IMG/VR virus record: IMGVR_UViG_3300029305_001653
Span: 48,223 to 112,222 of that record
Length of the DNA stretch: 64,000 bases
Strand: one strand, 5' to 3'
DNA from: a virus
Lineage: Duplodnaviria > Caudoviricetes
Shown here: piece by piece, positions 49,124 through 58,908 of the stretch
How positions within the stretch are numbered: the first letter of the stretch is position 1
Layout of the letters: each line of letters starts with the position of its first letter
The notes under the pieces: model-generated
What the model was told of the DNA's origin: nothing
Databases searched by the model: none
The model's input: only the letters and a program-made list of their open reading frames with translations
Program-made: the position numbers and the translations under genes

Positions 49124-50530
49124 GTGTCTTTCTTGCTTGACAGTACTCTTGAAAAGTTAGTATTTGCTGCATTCTTGAGAGAAGAAACATTCTATGCTCA
49201 ATATAGCTCTATTATAGAGGATACCATGTTCTCTACTTCCAGCTGTAAAGTCTGCATTAATGTTTATATAGACTATGTAAGGCAATACAATAAAATACCT
49301 ACACAAGAAGAGATGTATAGTGATCTTGGAAGATATTGTCAGAGGTACGGTATTGACGAATCTATGAAACAACGCTCTATTGAATTGCTACAAGAGTGTT
49401 ACAAGATAAATTATAATTTAGATTATGTTAGAGATCATTTTATAAAATTTGCTACTACAAATAAACTTACTGAAGCTATAATAGATGCAGCAAAGAGGAT
49501 AAAAGATAAAGGCGAGTATCTCTCAGAAAGAGATTATGAAGATATTCATGAGAGTATAGAACAAGCAATTACTATCAAAGCTAGAGATACTGAGGGAGTA
49601 TTATTATCAGAGGTAGCAGATAATCCTAGTGCATTTATGCAGTCCCAAAATAGGTATGATAAGGATGCTATCGTAAAAACAGGAATTGCTACATTTGATA
49701 ATGCTCATATGGCAGGAGGACCACTTCCTGGAGAGATGTATGTAGTATCTGCTCCTCCTGGAAGAGGTAAGTCTACTCTCCTTGTTAATATAGGAGCTTC
49801 AGCTTTGTTACAAGGTAAGGATGTAGTGCATATATTTGTAGGAGATAATACAGAAGCTGATGGTGTCCTGAGGTATTGTGCGAGATTGACAGGAGTACCT
49901 ATGTCTCAGATCATGTTAAATTCCTCTAAGTATCTGGAGTCTTGGAATTACTTGAAAACTAATTTCTCTCTTGGAAATTTGATCATAGGAGCTTATCCTA
50001 TTGACGGACCTACTATCTCAGATATTAGATCATTTATCACGAAGAATATCATACGTAGAGGTATAAAACCTGCAGTATTCATATTAGACTATATTGATAA
50101 CTGTCGTAGGAATGATGCAATGAATTCTTATGAAGCTTTAGGTGAACTCTACAAGAAAATGAAGAATATATGTGAAGAGTTAAAGTTGATAGGGTATACA
50201 GCTTCTCAGCCTAAAATTGAGTTTTGGGATAATGAAGGAGTTGCAGGTTTGTCTAGCTTAGCAGAGAGTTCTATGAAGCAGCATATCATAGATGGTATGA
50301 TAACTATGACGAAGAAGAATGATAATGATTATAGCATGTATGTTCCTAAATTACGTAGAGGACGTTCTGACTTTGTAGTAGATCTTATGATAGATTACGA
50401 GAGAATGTTCGTAAAAGAATCTTTTGTCTCTAGGAATTCACTTAAGCAACAGACTTCAGGGAATAATACTACCACTATGAACAACTATAAAGGAGAGGAT
50501 ATCCCCAAGCCTCCAGAGAATCCTTTTTAA
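49124..50530 (+). CDS. Replicative DnaB-like helicase
   Basis: APPGRGKS Walker A, ILDYID, TASQ, LAES, KLRRG. Confidence 0.9.
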   Translation: MSFLLDSTLEKLVFAAFLREETFYAQYSSIIEDTMFSTSSCKVCINVYIDYVRQYNKIPTQEEMYSDLGRYCQRYGIDESMKQRSIELLQECYKINYNLDYVRDHFIKFATTNKLTEAIIDAAKRIKDKGEYLSERDYEDIHESIEQAITIKARDTEGVLLSEVADNPSAFMQSQNRYDKDAIVKTGIATFDNAHMAGGPLPGEMYVVSAPPGRGKSTLLVNIGASALLQGKDVVHIFVGDNTEADGVLRYCARLTGVPMSQIMLNSSKYLESWNYLKTNFSLGNLIIGAYPIDGPTISDIRSFITKNIIRRGIKPAVFILDYIDNCRRNDAMNSYEALGELYKKMKNICEELKLIGYTASQPKIEFWDNEGVAGLSSLAESSMKQHIIDGMITMTKKNDNDYSMYVPKLRRGRSDFVVDLMIDYERMFVKESFVSRNSLKQQTSGNNTTTMNNYKGEDIPKPPENPF

Positions 50531-50545
50531 ATAGGAGATAGTAAT

Positions 50546-51583
50546 ATGTACGATTATCAATCCTTAGTAGAAAGAAAATTAGCTCCAAAAGGAGTATCAG
50601 GTAAAGATTCCATCTATGCTTGTCCTCTCTGTGAGAGTGAGGATACAGGTCACCACTTGTATGTAGACTATAGTAAAGGATATTGGCACTGTTTCCACTG
50701 CGATGCAGGAGGTAAGAGGATAGAAAGTCTATTAAAACTACTTAATATATCAGTAGACTATGATTATGAGATTCTTTATAATGAACAAGATGAAAGGTTA
50801 GAGGATATCTTCTCTCTAAAATCTACTAAGAAATCTTTAGATCTAGTAGATTACAGTACAGACTTAGAAATACTGACAGAATACTTTAGATTACATACAT
50901 CTTCTTTGTCGGAGTCTGCATATCTTTATTTGAAAAGTAGAGGATTAGATGACAGTATCATCTATAGTCTAGGTATAAAGGAAGGCAGAAGTAGGTATGG
51001 AGAAGATATAGTGATTAAAAATAAATCCTATATTGGTAGAGATTATAGTGGTCGTATTATGATACCTTCTTTGAGGAAAGATGGATTAATATCTTTCTAT
51101 GTAGGGAGAGACTACATAGGAGATAAGTCTCCTAAGTATCTAAACCCTCCAAAAGAGTTAGTTGCAAGTTCTGAGGATGTATGGTCTTTGGACATCATAG
51201 ATACTTCCACTGTAATCATATGTGAAGGTGTATTTACATCTATCGCTGTAAATCAAGCTTTAGGTAAATTGATATCCTGTGCTACCTACGGTAAGTCTAT
51301 AGCTCAGCATTCTAGTAATTCAGATGTGCTAGTGACTAGTCAAGGAGAGAAATTACTCAATAAGAAATTTAGTCAGTATATCATATTCTATGATAAAGAT
51401 GCTAAGTCATCAGCTATAGCTAGTGCTAAGTACCTTTATGAAAGAGGAGCTACAGTAAGAGTAGTTACTATCCCTGAATATATGTATGGACCTAAAGCAG
51501 ACGCAGCAGATATGAAACGAGAAGAAGTAATCCAGTGTATTCAGAACTCAATAGTATATGATAGATTCAGTGAGATAATTTGA
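50546..51583 (+). CDS. DNA primase
   Basis: CPLC..HH..HCFHC zinc domain; KYLNP; CEG; YDKDA TOPRIM; KDA. Confidence 0.9.
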   Translation: MYDYQSLVERKLAPKGVSGKDSIYACPLCESEDTGHHLYVDYSKGYWHCFHCDAGGKRIESLLKLLNISVDYDYEILYNEQDERLEDIFSLKSTKKSLDLVDYSTDLEILTEYFRLHTSSLSESAYLYLKSRGLDDSIIYSLGIKEGRSRYGEDIVIKNKSYIGRDYSGRIMIPSLRKDGLISFYVGRDYIGDKSPKYLNPPKELVASSEDVWSLDIIDTSTVIICEGVFTSIAVNQALGKLISCATYGKSIAQHSSNSDVLVTSQGEKLLNKKFSQYIIFYDKDAKSSAIASAKYLYERGATVRVVTIPEYMYGPKADAADMKREEVIQCIQNSIVYDRFSEII

Positions 51584-51593
51584 TACGAAGAGA

Positions 51594-51627
51594 GTAGCTC
51601 AACATTCACAATTCTTGCGTTACTTAT
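51594..51627 (+). promoter_or_regulatory. Class II phage promoter upstream of ThyX-like gene
   Basis: GTAGCTCAA-N15-CGTTACTTAT. Confidence 0.75.
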
Positions 51628-51684
51628 AATGTAAGAAGGGAAGTAGTTCTGCTTAAATTATATGAAGATAAGGAGATAGTAATT

Positions 51685-52797
51685 ATGGGAAAAAGTGAAC
51701 GTATGAAACAGAGATCTTATACAGGAAATATTCCTCCTAAAGTTTCTATTATAGGAAAGACAGAGAATCCTATAGGGCAGTTATTCTGCGTATGGTCAGG
51801 TACTCGTTATCCTGATATCATGACTCCTGAAGATATCCAACATATCTACGACAATCATGATTGTCCTGAAATATTCTTCAGTGAGCAAGACTGGAAGAAT
51901 GCTAAGATTATCTGTGAGTGGTATCCTGAGTATGCAGGAGAAGATGGTAAAGATTATAGAAATGTTATCTTGTCTATTGCTCGTAAAGTTATTGAGTCTA
52001 ATGTTCCTGCAGGTGAAGCAGTCCACTTCAATATTCAGATTGATGATGCTAACGTAGCTTGGAGAGAGCAGTTAGTAAGAGGTCGTATTTCTCAGCAGTT
52101 CTGGACTATGTCTACTCGTATTATGGATATGACTACAATGGACGTTAATATGAATGAGAGTATTCGTCTTATTGGAGGAGATAAAGCTGTCAAGGCTTAC
52201 AATGAGTGTGTAGACTATATAAGAGATACTTATAAGTTCTTAGTGGATGAGTGTGGAGTTCCTATGGAGGATATCAGACTACAGCCTCAAGGACATACTC
52301 ACAGAGTTTACTGGATGGTTCCTTTACGTACGCTTATTACTATCCTTAACAAGAGATGTGACTGGATAGCACAAGCTACACTGTGGACACCTATTGTATC
52401 AGGTATAGTGCAGGAGTTAAGAAGACTTAATATGTATGATATCGTATCTCCCTTTATAGGTAAGCCTATGGTGGATGTATCTTGTCATTCAGATTATGGT
52501 ATGTACTATGTATCTAATTACATCATGAATGCAGATAATGAAGATAGATACAGCGGTAGAGATAAAATTCCTTGTGACCCTCTTTGGCTTGCATATAAAG
52601 GATATCGTATGCCTGAACATACTGATATTGAATTCTATGATTACTTAAAGTCTATGTATATTCATCTTTGGAAAGATGATTATCTTGAAGTATTAAAGTG
52701 GGATAGAGAAAATCCTGAGGCAATAGGACCTTATGATAGACCTGCTAGTTGGTTTATTGAGAACAATAGAGAATCAGATATAGCATACTTAAAATAA
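51685..52797 (+). CDS. Divergent flavin-dependent thymidylate synthase (ThyX-fold) protein
   Basis: E..HFNIQI...EQLVRGRISQQFWTMSTR (RHRx7-8S-like), MEDIR..P, LR...KR....AQ. Confidence 0.7.
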   Translation: MGKSERMKQRSYTGNIPPKVSIIGKTENPIGQLFCVWSGTRYPDIMTPEDIQHIYDNHDCPEIFFSEQDWKNAKIICEWYPEYAGEDGKDYRNVILSIARKVIESNVPAGEAVHFNIQIDDANVAWREQLVRGRISQQFWTMSTRIMDMTTMDVNMNESIRLIGGDKAVKAYNECVDYIRDTYKFLVDECGVPMEDIRLQPQGHTHRVYWMVPLRTLITILNKRCDWIAQATLWTPIVSGIVQELRRLNMYDIVSPFIGKPMVDVSCHSDYGMYYVSNYIMNADNEDRYSGRDKIPCDPLWLAYKGYRMPEHTDIEFYDYLKSMYIHLWKDDYLEVLKWDRENPEAIGPYDRPASWFIENNRESDIAYLK

Positions 52798-52822
52798 GAG
52801 AGCCTATGAGCTCTCTTATTTT
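52791..52822. terminator. Intrinsic terminator after ThyX-like gene
   Basis: AAAATAAGAGAGC-CTATGA-GCTCTCTTATTTT. Confidence 0.7.
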
Positions 52823-52842
52823 GTTTAGAGAGGAGATAAATT

Positions 52843-53454
52843 GTGGCTAAGTTCATATCCATTTCAGGACCTTCTACTACAGGAAAGACATCTTTAATAG
52901 ATTCACTGAGTACATATTCTAATTTGAAGAATGTAGTATTCAGTCCTGACATACATGATGTAGTGTGGAAAGAATTAGTAGACTTAGGTTATTTTACAGA
53001 GTTTAAAGAGATAAGTACAGATAGTGAGTATCTTTGTACGTATATCATAAGATTGATCGAATATTATAATAAATACATAGATTCTTTTAAAGATAAAGAT
53101 GTACTAGTGATATTAGATGGTTGTTGGCTGGATATATCCATCTACTCTATATTAAATATGTGGTACAATAGAATCATAAAGTCTGTACAAGATAGTATAT
53201 TAGAGAGTATCTCGAAGTATGATGAGAGAATATCTAAGATTTATATCACGAAAGCTGATGATGTTAATTACCCTATAAGTAAGTATAGACTTAGAGGAAA
53301 GATAACTACATTCAGAGAAAATAGACCTTTAGAGTTAAAATACTATGAGTTAGCTAGACATTTTAAAAACGCAGTTTCACTTCCTTCATCTGACATATCA
53401 GACTCATCACTTTTTATATTGAGAGATCTTAAAGAACTAGGTCATCTTAAGTAG
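52843..53454 (+). CDS. P-loop nucleoside/nucleotide kinase
   Basis: ISISGPSTTGKT Walker A; ILDG..LD..IYS. Confidence 0.75.
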   Translation: MAKFISISGPSTTGKTSLIDSLSTYSNLKNVVFSPDIHDVVWKELVDLGYFTEFKEISTDSEYLCTYIIRLIEYYNKYIDSFKDKDVLVILDGCWLDISIYSILNMWYNRIIKSVQDSILESISKYDERISKIYITKADDVNYPISKYRLRGKITTFRENRPLELKYYELARHFKNAVSLPSSDISDSSLFILRDLKELGHLK

Positions 53455-53470
53455 ATGTTACGTTACTTAT
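53437..53470 (+). promoter_or_regulatory. Class II-like promoter upstream of second kinase and polymerase
   Basis: CTAGGTCAT-N15-CGTTACTTAT (degenerate upstream box). Confidence 0.45.
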
Positions 53471-53486
53471 AAGGGAAGGTGAAATC

Positions 53487-54188
53487 ATGATTACTACAGA
53501 GAAAGAATTATTATCGTATATAAGTTCTCAAGGTAAGTTAGATGCTATTGTAGTTGAAGGTTATGATGGCGTAGGTAAAGGTAGAGTTCTAAATATGCTC
53601 TCTGTATTTTACTCTAAAATACCATATCGTCCAGATTATAACTTGTGGCAGAAACATGGATTAGAGCAACCTGATAGATGGAAGATCTCTGGATTCTTCT
53701 GGGATATTTATAGTCATTTCATGAAAAATAGTGAAAGGACTGACTCTCTGATGCTATTTGATAGAGGAGTAATTAGTGGTGCTGTATACAATCACGACTA
53801 CTCTATCGCTAGAGATTATAAGAAGATGATAGGAGATATGAAGATACTGCATATATTAGTCACTTGTAGTAAGGAAGACTATCTAAAATTCGCAGAGTTG
53901 AGAGATTCCGTAGATTCTACGCAGTATGATATATGTCAAATATATACTAGTGAATATATGAAGTGTTTAGAGATGTCAGGTGTAGACTATGTAGTTTACA
54001 ATAATATTTATGATGAAGAGTTAGCTGGAGAAGTGAAAGAGACATGTGCAGGATGTGGGCATTATAGCTATGGTTGGTGCAGACATCCTGAGGTGAATAG
54101 TATCGTGGCATCTAGTACTATTAGGTGTGAGCTTTCTCAAGAAAGTGAGGTGCAGGATATTGGTAGCAAATCGGTGCAGTGCGTGTAG
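53487..54188 (+). CDS. Thymidylate kinase-like dNMP kinase with C-terminal Cys cluster
   Basis: IVVEGYDGVGK, LFDRG..S..VY; CAGC..WC tail. Confidence 0.75.
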   Translation: MITTEKELLSYISSQGKLDAIVVEGYDGVGKGRVLNMLSVFYSKIPYRPDYNLWQKHGLEQPDRWKISGFFWDIYSHFMKNSERTDSLMLFDRGVISGAVYNHDYSIARDYKKMIGDMKILHILVTCSKEDYLKFAELRDSVDSTQYDICQIYTSEYMKCLEMSGVDYVVYNNIYDEELAGEVKETCAGCGHYSYGWCRHPEVNSIVASSTIRCELSQESEVQDIGSKSVQCV

Positions 54189-57120
54189 TCTACATGAGTG
54201 TTCCTATCAACAGGTACAGATAGGAGGTAATTGTTCTCCTGAAGAGTGTGAGCTCCTACTAGTAGGAGACTTTCCTAAGGCAGATGATGATATTACAGGA
54301 TTACCATTCTCAGGAGATCAGTATAAATTCTTGTGGGACTTGTTAAGTCAAGTAGGTGTGAAGTATCAAGTAACTTATCTTATTAGGTGTATTCCTATTG
54401 ATAAGTATTCTAGGAGATATAGGAAACCTGAGCTAGATGAGTATGTTCCTTGTTTGAAAGAGAAATTCGAGAATGAAGTAGAGAGACTCAAGCCTAAGTG
54501 TATACTAGCACTAGGACAAGCTCCTCTTGATGTTTTAGTATACAATGGATATATTTCAGATGCTGAAATCAAGACTAACAATCCTATTAAGAGCTTCAGA
54601 GAAAGATCTCATAATGCTTTTATCAGAGGTCAGAAAATCACGTTCTTGTCTACTTATCATCCCTCTTATGTTGCGAATAATGATAACGAACAGATATATA
54701 ATCGTTTCATCGAAGATGTAGTATATGCTTGCAGACATGCAATGAAGGAACGTAGTGCTGGTATTTATAAGTCTATTGATATTAATGTTAATCAGTTAGA
54801 GAGGATTGTAGATATCTGGTGCAATGATCCTAGTATTGAGTGCGTAGGATTCGATACAGAGTCTAATGGATTGAATCCTTTAGTAAAAGGAGCTAAGATA
54901 ACTTCTTTCTCCCTATGTGCTGATGGAGTAACTGGTTACAATATATTCTTGTATCATCCAGAGTTAGATATCTCAGATGATGAGAGGGCTAGGATTATAG
55001 CTGCAGCGAAGAAGTTACTTACTACTAAGAGTGTAGTAGCACATCATGCTAAGCATGAGCATAGGTTCGTTAAAGTACTATGGAAATTCACTCCCAATAT
55101 CGTAGACGATACTATGTACATGTCTTATATCTTATTCTTAGCTTATCCAGGTATTAAACATAATTTAAAATTCCTGTCAGGTAGATTCTTAGGTATGCCT
55201 CCTTGGGAAGAATATATGGATGAGTATAGAGAAATTTTTGCTGCATTGAAGCGTAGGAAAAATTTAGATGATGTTAAGGTAAAAGAGTTAGTAGAAGATT
55301 TCGGTCCATATCTAGGAGTCACGTCAGAAGATATCTATAGATTCTGGAGTATCATCAAAGACCCTGACTACTATATTAAACAAGAGGAGTCAGATGATAG
55401 TGACGTATTAATGTGGATGGTTCCTGTACGTATTATGAGAGACTATGCAGGTATGGATGCTATAGCTGCTCTTAATCTTCGTAAAGTATTTAAACCTTTG
55501 ATAGATTCTGACCCTGGATTGTCTAGAGCTTATAGTATGATGGTTAAGGGTGCAGAAGCTTTTGCTAATATGGAACTCAAAGGTCTCCGTATAGTGGATA
55601 TTGATAGATGGACTAATATTTATCAAGAGAAGTTGGATCAGAACTTAGATATCTTGAAGAATTTTGATGAGGTAAAAGAATTCGAAAGAGAAAATGATGT
55701 GGAATTTAATCCTGCCTCTGCTAAACATAATGTGGAAGTATTCTACAATAAATTTAGATTTCCTGTAAAAGGTACTACAGGTAAGGGTGATCCTAGTACT
55801 TCTGAGACTGTACTCATCGATCTCATAAAAGAGTATAGAGAGAAGGAAGGAGAAGAGCGTAAGTTAGAATTCCTGACTACATTCAGAGAGTACAAGAAAT
55901 TGAAGAAGTTGATGACTGCTTATCTTGTAGGGTTACGTAGATTCATGCATGAGAACGATGCTTTCGATGGTAGAAAGTGTGAGTATGTAGAAGTACCTAG
56001 TACTCAGAAAGACCTTCACATTCATCCAGGATATCTACTGCATACTGTAGAAACTGGTCGTGTAGCTTCTCGTGACCCTAGTCTGCATACAGTACCTGCA
56101 GGATCAGATATTAAGAGATTATTCGTGTCACACTGGAAAGGTAGAGGAGGGTTAATAGTAACTGCCGACCAGTCACAGTTAGAGTTACGAGTACTCGCTT
56201 CTATCATTGAGAGGTATTATGGAGACCCTAGCTTAGCTGATGCTTATAGACAAGGCAAGGACATTCACCGATTCAATGCATCTAAAGTATTTGCAAGACC
56301 TGAGGAAGATATCGTAGATTCAGAACGTAGATTCGCTAAAACAATTTCATTCTCCTTACTTTATGGTTCTTCTGAGAAGTCTGTAGCTGAGAGTACTGGC
56401 AGAACTCCTGCAGAAGTACATGACTTATTCGAATCATTCTATGCAGCATTCCCAGGTATTAAGAAATATATTGAGTCTACTCATGACTATGCTCGTCAGT
56501 ATGGATGTGTTCGCACTCCTATGGGACGTATCAAATATGTCTTAGCAGCACAGAATCCTAATGATAGAGGTAAGTATTCTGCAGCATTGAGACAAGCACA
56601 GAACGGTATCATCCAATCTAGTGGTAGTGATCTATCATTTCAATCTATTGTATGGATGAATGATTATTTTAAAAAGAATAATCTAGATACTCAGGTAGTA
56701 GGATTTATCCATGACTCTATTGAATTGGACGCTCCTCCTGGAGAGTGGTTCGAAGCTTATGATGCTCTGAAGTATTCGATGAAAGATTTGAATGAGTCAG
56801 AGGATTGGATTACTGCACCTCTAGGTATTGATGTAGAGCTTGCTACCTCTATGGGAGATACTGTAGCTGTAAAAGATATGACTAAGCATGAAGATGGTTC
56901 TAGGACATTTGTATTGAAGGGTTATGATTATATCATAGAAGATATTATCAAAGAATCTTATTATTCTTATGATATAGTCGAAGATGAAATTTTAGAGGAA
57001 GAAGAATTCTTTAATCGTAGTGGAGATCTCGTTGCTCGTCGTGCTCTTAATCTTTCATTCGATGATAAGACATTTAATCTGAGAACTCATAAAATTAGAT
57101 GGAAGCCTAAGAATCTTTAG
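54127..57120 (+). CDS. Family A DNA polymerase with N-terminal family-4 UDG-like domain (SPO1-like architecture); probable start TTG 54160
   Basis: CxxC, LLVGDFP..PFSG, YHPSY; exonuclease FDTE/YAGMDA; DQSQLELR, RRFAKTISFSLLYG, IHDS. Confidence 0.93.
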   Translation: MSFLKKVRCRILVANRCSACSLHECSYQQVQIGGNCSPEECELLLVGDFPKADDDITGLPFSGDQYKFLWDLLSQVGVKYQVTYLIRCIPIDKYSRRYRKPELDEYVPCLKEKFENEVERLKPKCILALGQAPLDVLVYNGYISDAEIKTNNPIKSFRERSHNAFIRGQKITFLSTYHPSYVANNDNEQIYNRFIEDVVYACRHAMKERSAGIYKSIDINVNQLERIVDIWCNDPSIECVGFDTESNGLNPLVKGAKITSFSLCADGVTGYNIFLYHPELDISDDERARIIAAAKKLLTTKSVVAHHAKHEHRFVKVLWKFTPNIVDDTMYMSYILFLAYPGIKHNLKFLSGRFLGMPPWEEYMDEYREIFAALKRRKNLDDVKVKELVEDFGPYLGVTSEDIYRFWSIIKDPDYYIKQEESDDSDVLMWMVPVRIMRDYAGMDAIAALNLRKVFKPLIDSDPGLSRAYSMMVKGAEAFANMELKGLRIVDIDRWTNIYQEKLDQNLDILKNFDEVKEFERENDVEFNPASAKHNVEVFYNKFRFPVKGTTGKGDPSTSETVLIDLIKEYREKEGEERKLEFLTTFREYKKLKKLMTAYLVGLRRFMHENDAFDGRKCEYVEVPSTQKDLHIHPGYLLHTVETGRVASRDPSLHTVPAGSDIKRLFVSHWKGRGGLIVTADQSQLELRVLASIIERYYGDPSLADAYRQGKDIHRFNASKVFARPEEDIVDSERRFAKTISFSLLYGSSEKSVAESTGRTPAEVHDLFESFYAAFPGIKKYIESTHDYARQYGCVRTPMGRIKYVLAAQNPNDRGKYSAALRQAQNGIIQSSGSDLSFQSIVWMNDYFKKNNLDTQVVGFIHDSIELDAPPGEWFEAYDALKYSMKDLNESEDWITAPLGIDVELATSMGDTVAVKDMTKHEDGSRTFVLKGYDYIIEDIIKESYYSYDIVEDEILEEEEFFNRSGDLVARRALNLSFDDKTFNLRTHKIRWKPKNL

Positions 57121-57121
57121 A

Positions 57122-57160
57122 AGGGAATCTAGAAATCTTCACGTATTATAATAATGTAAG
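57122..57160 (+). promoter_or_regulatory. Class I phage promoter upstream of ligase
   Basis: AGGGA-N13-CACGTATTATAATAATGTAAG. Confidence 0.8.
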
Positions 57161-57188
57161 GGAAACGAATTATAAAGGAGGAAATCAA

Positions 57189-58805
57189 ATGTCTAAGAAT
57201 CTCGTAGAGTACCTTGAGAAGTGTGATGATGCATATTATAACAGCTCTAATCCTATTGTGAGTGACTCTACTTATGATGCTTTAGTAGAGACTCTTAAAA
57301 GATTAGATCCTACTAATCCTTATCTAAAGAAAGTAGGAGCTAAGGTAAAGTCTAATAAGCTAGGTCGTATTGTCCCTATGGGTACACTTTCTAAGTATCA
57401 TACAGATGAGGAGATTATTAAGTGGCTTAATTCTGAGAAAGATGAAATTCTTTTATCTCCTAAGTATGATGGATTCGCTGTAGAGTTAGTCTATGATAAA
57501 GGTAATTTAGTATCTGCTAGTACTAGAGGAGACGGATATACAGGAGAAGATGTTCTCACTGCTATGATGAGAGTACAGAGTGTACCTATTTCTTTATCAG
57601 AAGAGTGGACAGTTACTGTAAGAGGAGAAGCTATCATACCTCTGATGCATCATGATCATGTGAAAGAATTAGGTTACTCTGCTATGCGTAATGCAGTCCC
57701 TGGTATAGTAAGATCTAATAAAGCGGAAGCTTTAGGTTATGTTGATTTTGTAGCTTATGAGTTCATTGATGGTTCTGCTGATAGAGTAGCTCAAAGAGAA
57801 AAATATAAAGGTAATTTCATAATAGAAGATTATCACCATCTGAATTACCAGGATATAGATGCTATGCAGAGGTACAGAGAAGAATTTCGTAAAGGTTATT
57901 ACTACGAGATAGACGGAGTAGTCCTGAAGACTAGATTCATTCTAGAGGATGATTTTTTGAATCCTTCTCATATGATAGCTTGGAAGTATAAGAGTAATAG
58001 GGAGGCTACTGTTCTAAGAGATATCGAGTATCAGTTGGGATTGACTGGATACTTCACTCCTATCGGAATCTTCGATGAAGTTGAATTCCAAGGAGCTAAG
58101 TTGACTAGAGCTTCTCTAGGTAATATCACTCGTATGAAAAAAGACTTCGAAGGTCTGACGATAGGTAGTATCGTCGAAGTATCTCGTAGAGGAGATATTA
58201 TCCCTTATATTGAGAAGTTGTCTTATATTGAGGAGAGTGGTGATTTGGTAACTCCTCCTATCAAGTGTCCTCATTGTGGAGAGTTCTTAGATGTAGATAT
58301 CGAGAAGAACTTAGAAGGTATTCTTATAAAGTACGAGCCTCACTGTGTAAATAAATCTTGTCCTGAAAAACTCAGACTACAGATTAGTCAGTACGTTAGG
58401 ACAGTAGGTATCAAAGGTATTGGAGATAAACTTGTGAGAGGACTCATCGATGCAGGACATATAAATTCTATCATTGATATCTATAGAATCAATCCTGCAG
58501 TTATCTTGGATATCCCTAGACAAGGACAGTCTTCTGTAGAAAAGTGGAGTCAGTTGCAGGAGAAGAGATTAACTTCCTTAGAGTTGTTGACTGCTTATCC
58601 TTTCATTGACTTAGGTAAGAAAGTATGGGAAGCATTACTTTCTAGAGGTTATAACTATATTGACTTGCTTGATATTACAAGAGAGGAATTATTCTCTTCT
58701 AAGATTAAAGGAATCGGTGATAGTAAGATTGATAGTATCGTCCACCAAATAAGTGAAAATCGTGAAGAGCTTCACTTCTTAGGAGTATTACAAGGTCTGT
58801 TGTAA
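57189..58805 (+). CDS. ligA: NAD-dependent DNA ligase (no BRCT domain seen)
   Basis: AYY..SD.TYD, KYDG, TRGDG..GEDV, VRGE, EIDGVVLK, RRGDIIP, C4 zinc finger, HhH repeats. Confidence 0.92.
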   Translation: MSKNLVEYLEKCDDAYYNSSNPIVSDSTYDALVETLKRLDPTNPYLKKVGAKVKSNKLGRIVPMGTLSKYHTDEEIIKWLNSEKDEILLSPKYDGFAVELVYDKGNLVSASTRGDGYTGEDVLTAMMRVQSVPISLSEEWTVTVRGEAIIPLMHHDHVKELGYSAMRNAVPGIVRSNKAEALGYVDFVAYEFIDGSADRVAQREKYKGNFIIEDYHHLNYQDIDAMQRYREEFRKGYYYEIDGVVLKTRFILEDDFLNPSHMIAWKYKSNREATVLRDIEYQLGLTGYFTPIGIFDEVEFQGAKLTRASLGNITRMKKDFEGLTIGSIVEVSRRGDIIPYIEKLSYIEESGDLVTPPIKCPHCGEFLDVDIEKNLEGILIKYEPHCVNKSCPEKLRLQISQYVRTVGIKGIGDKLVRGLIDAGHINSIIDIYRINPAVILDIPRQGQSSVEKWSQLQEKRLTSLELLTAYPFIDLGKKVWEALLSRGYNYIDLLDITREELFSSKIKGIGDSKIDSIVHQISENREELHFLGVLQGLL

Positions 58806-58836
58806 GGTACAGTAGTAAATATTATTCGTCATAGTA

Positions 58837-58885
58837 TAAATGCAGGACTGCAGTATTGATTATAAGTAGTCCTGCATTTATTTTA
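58837..58885 (+). terminator. Hairpin after ligase
   Basis: TAAATGCAGGACT...AGTCCTGCATTTA followed by TTTT. Confidence 0.65.
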
Positions 58886-58908
58886 ATATACAAGAGGAGG
58901 TTATTAAT

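Noticed and set aside
42643-57120. Inteins or group I introns in topoisomerase, helicase or polymerase
   Set aside because: Reading frames are continuous, of normal length, and lack intein termini or homing endonuclease motifs.
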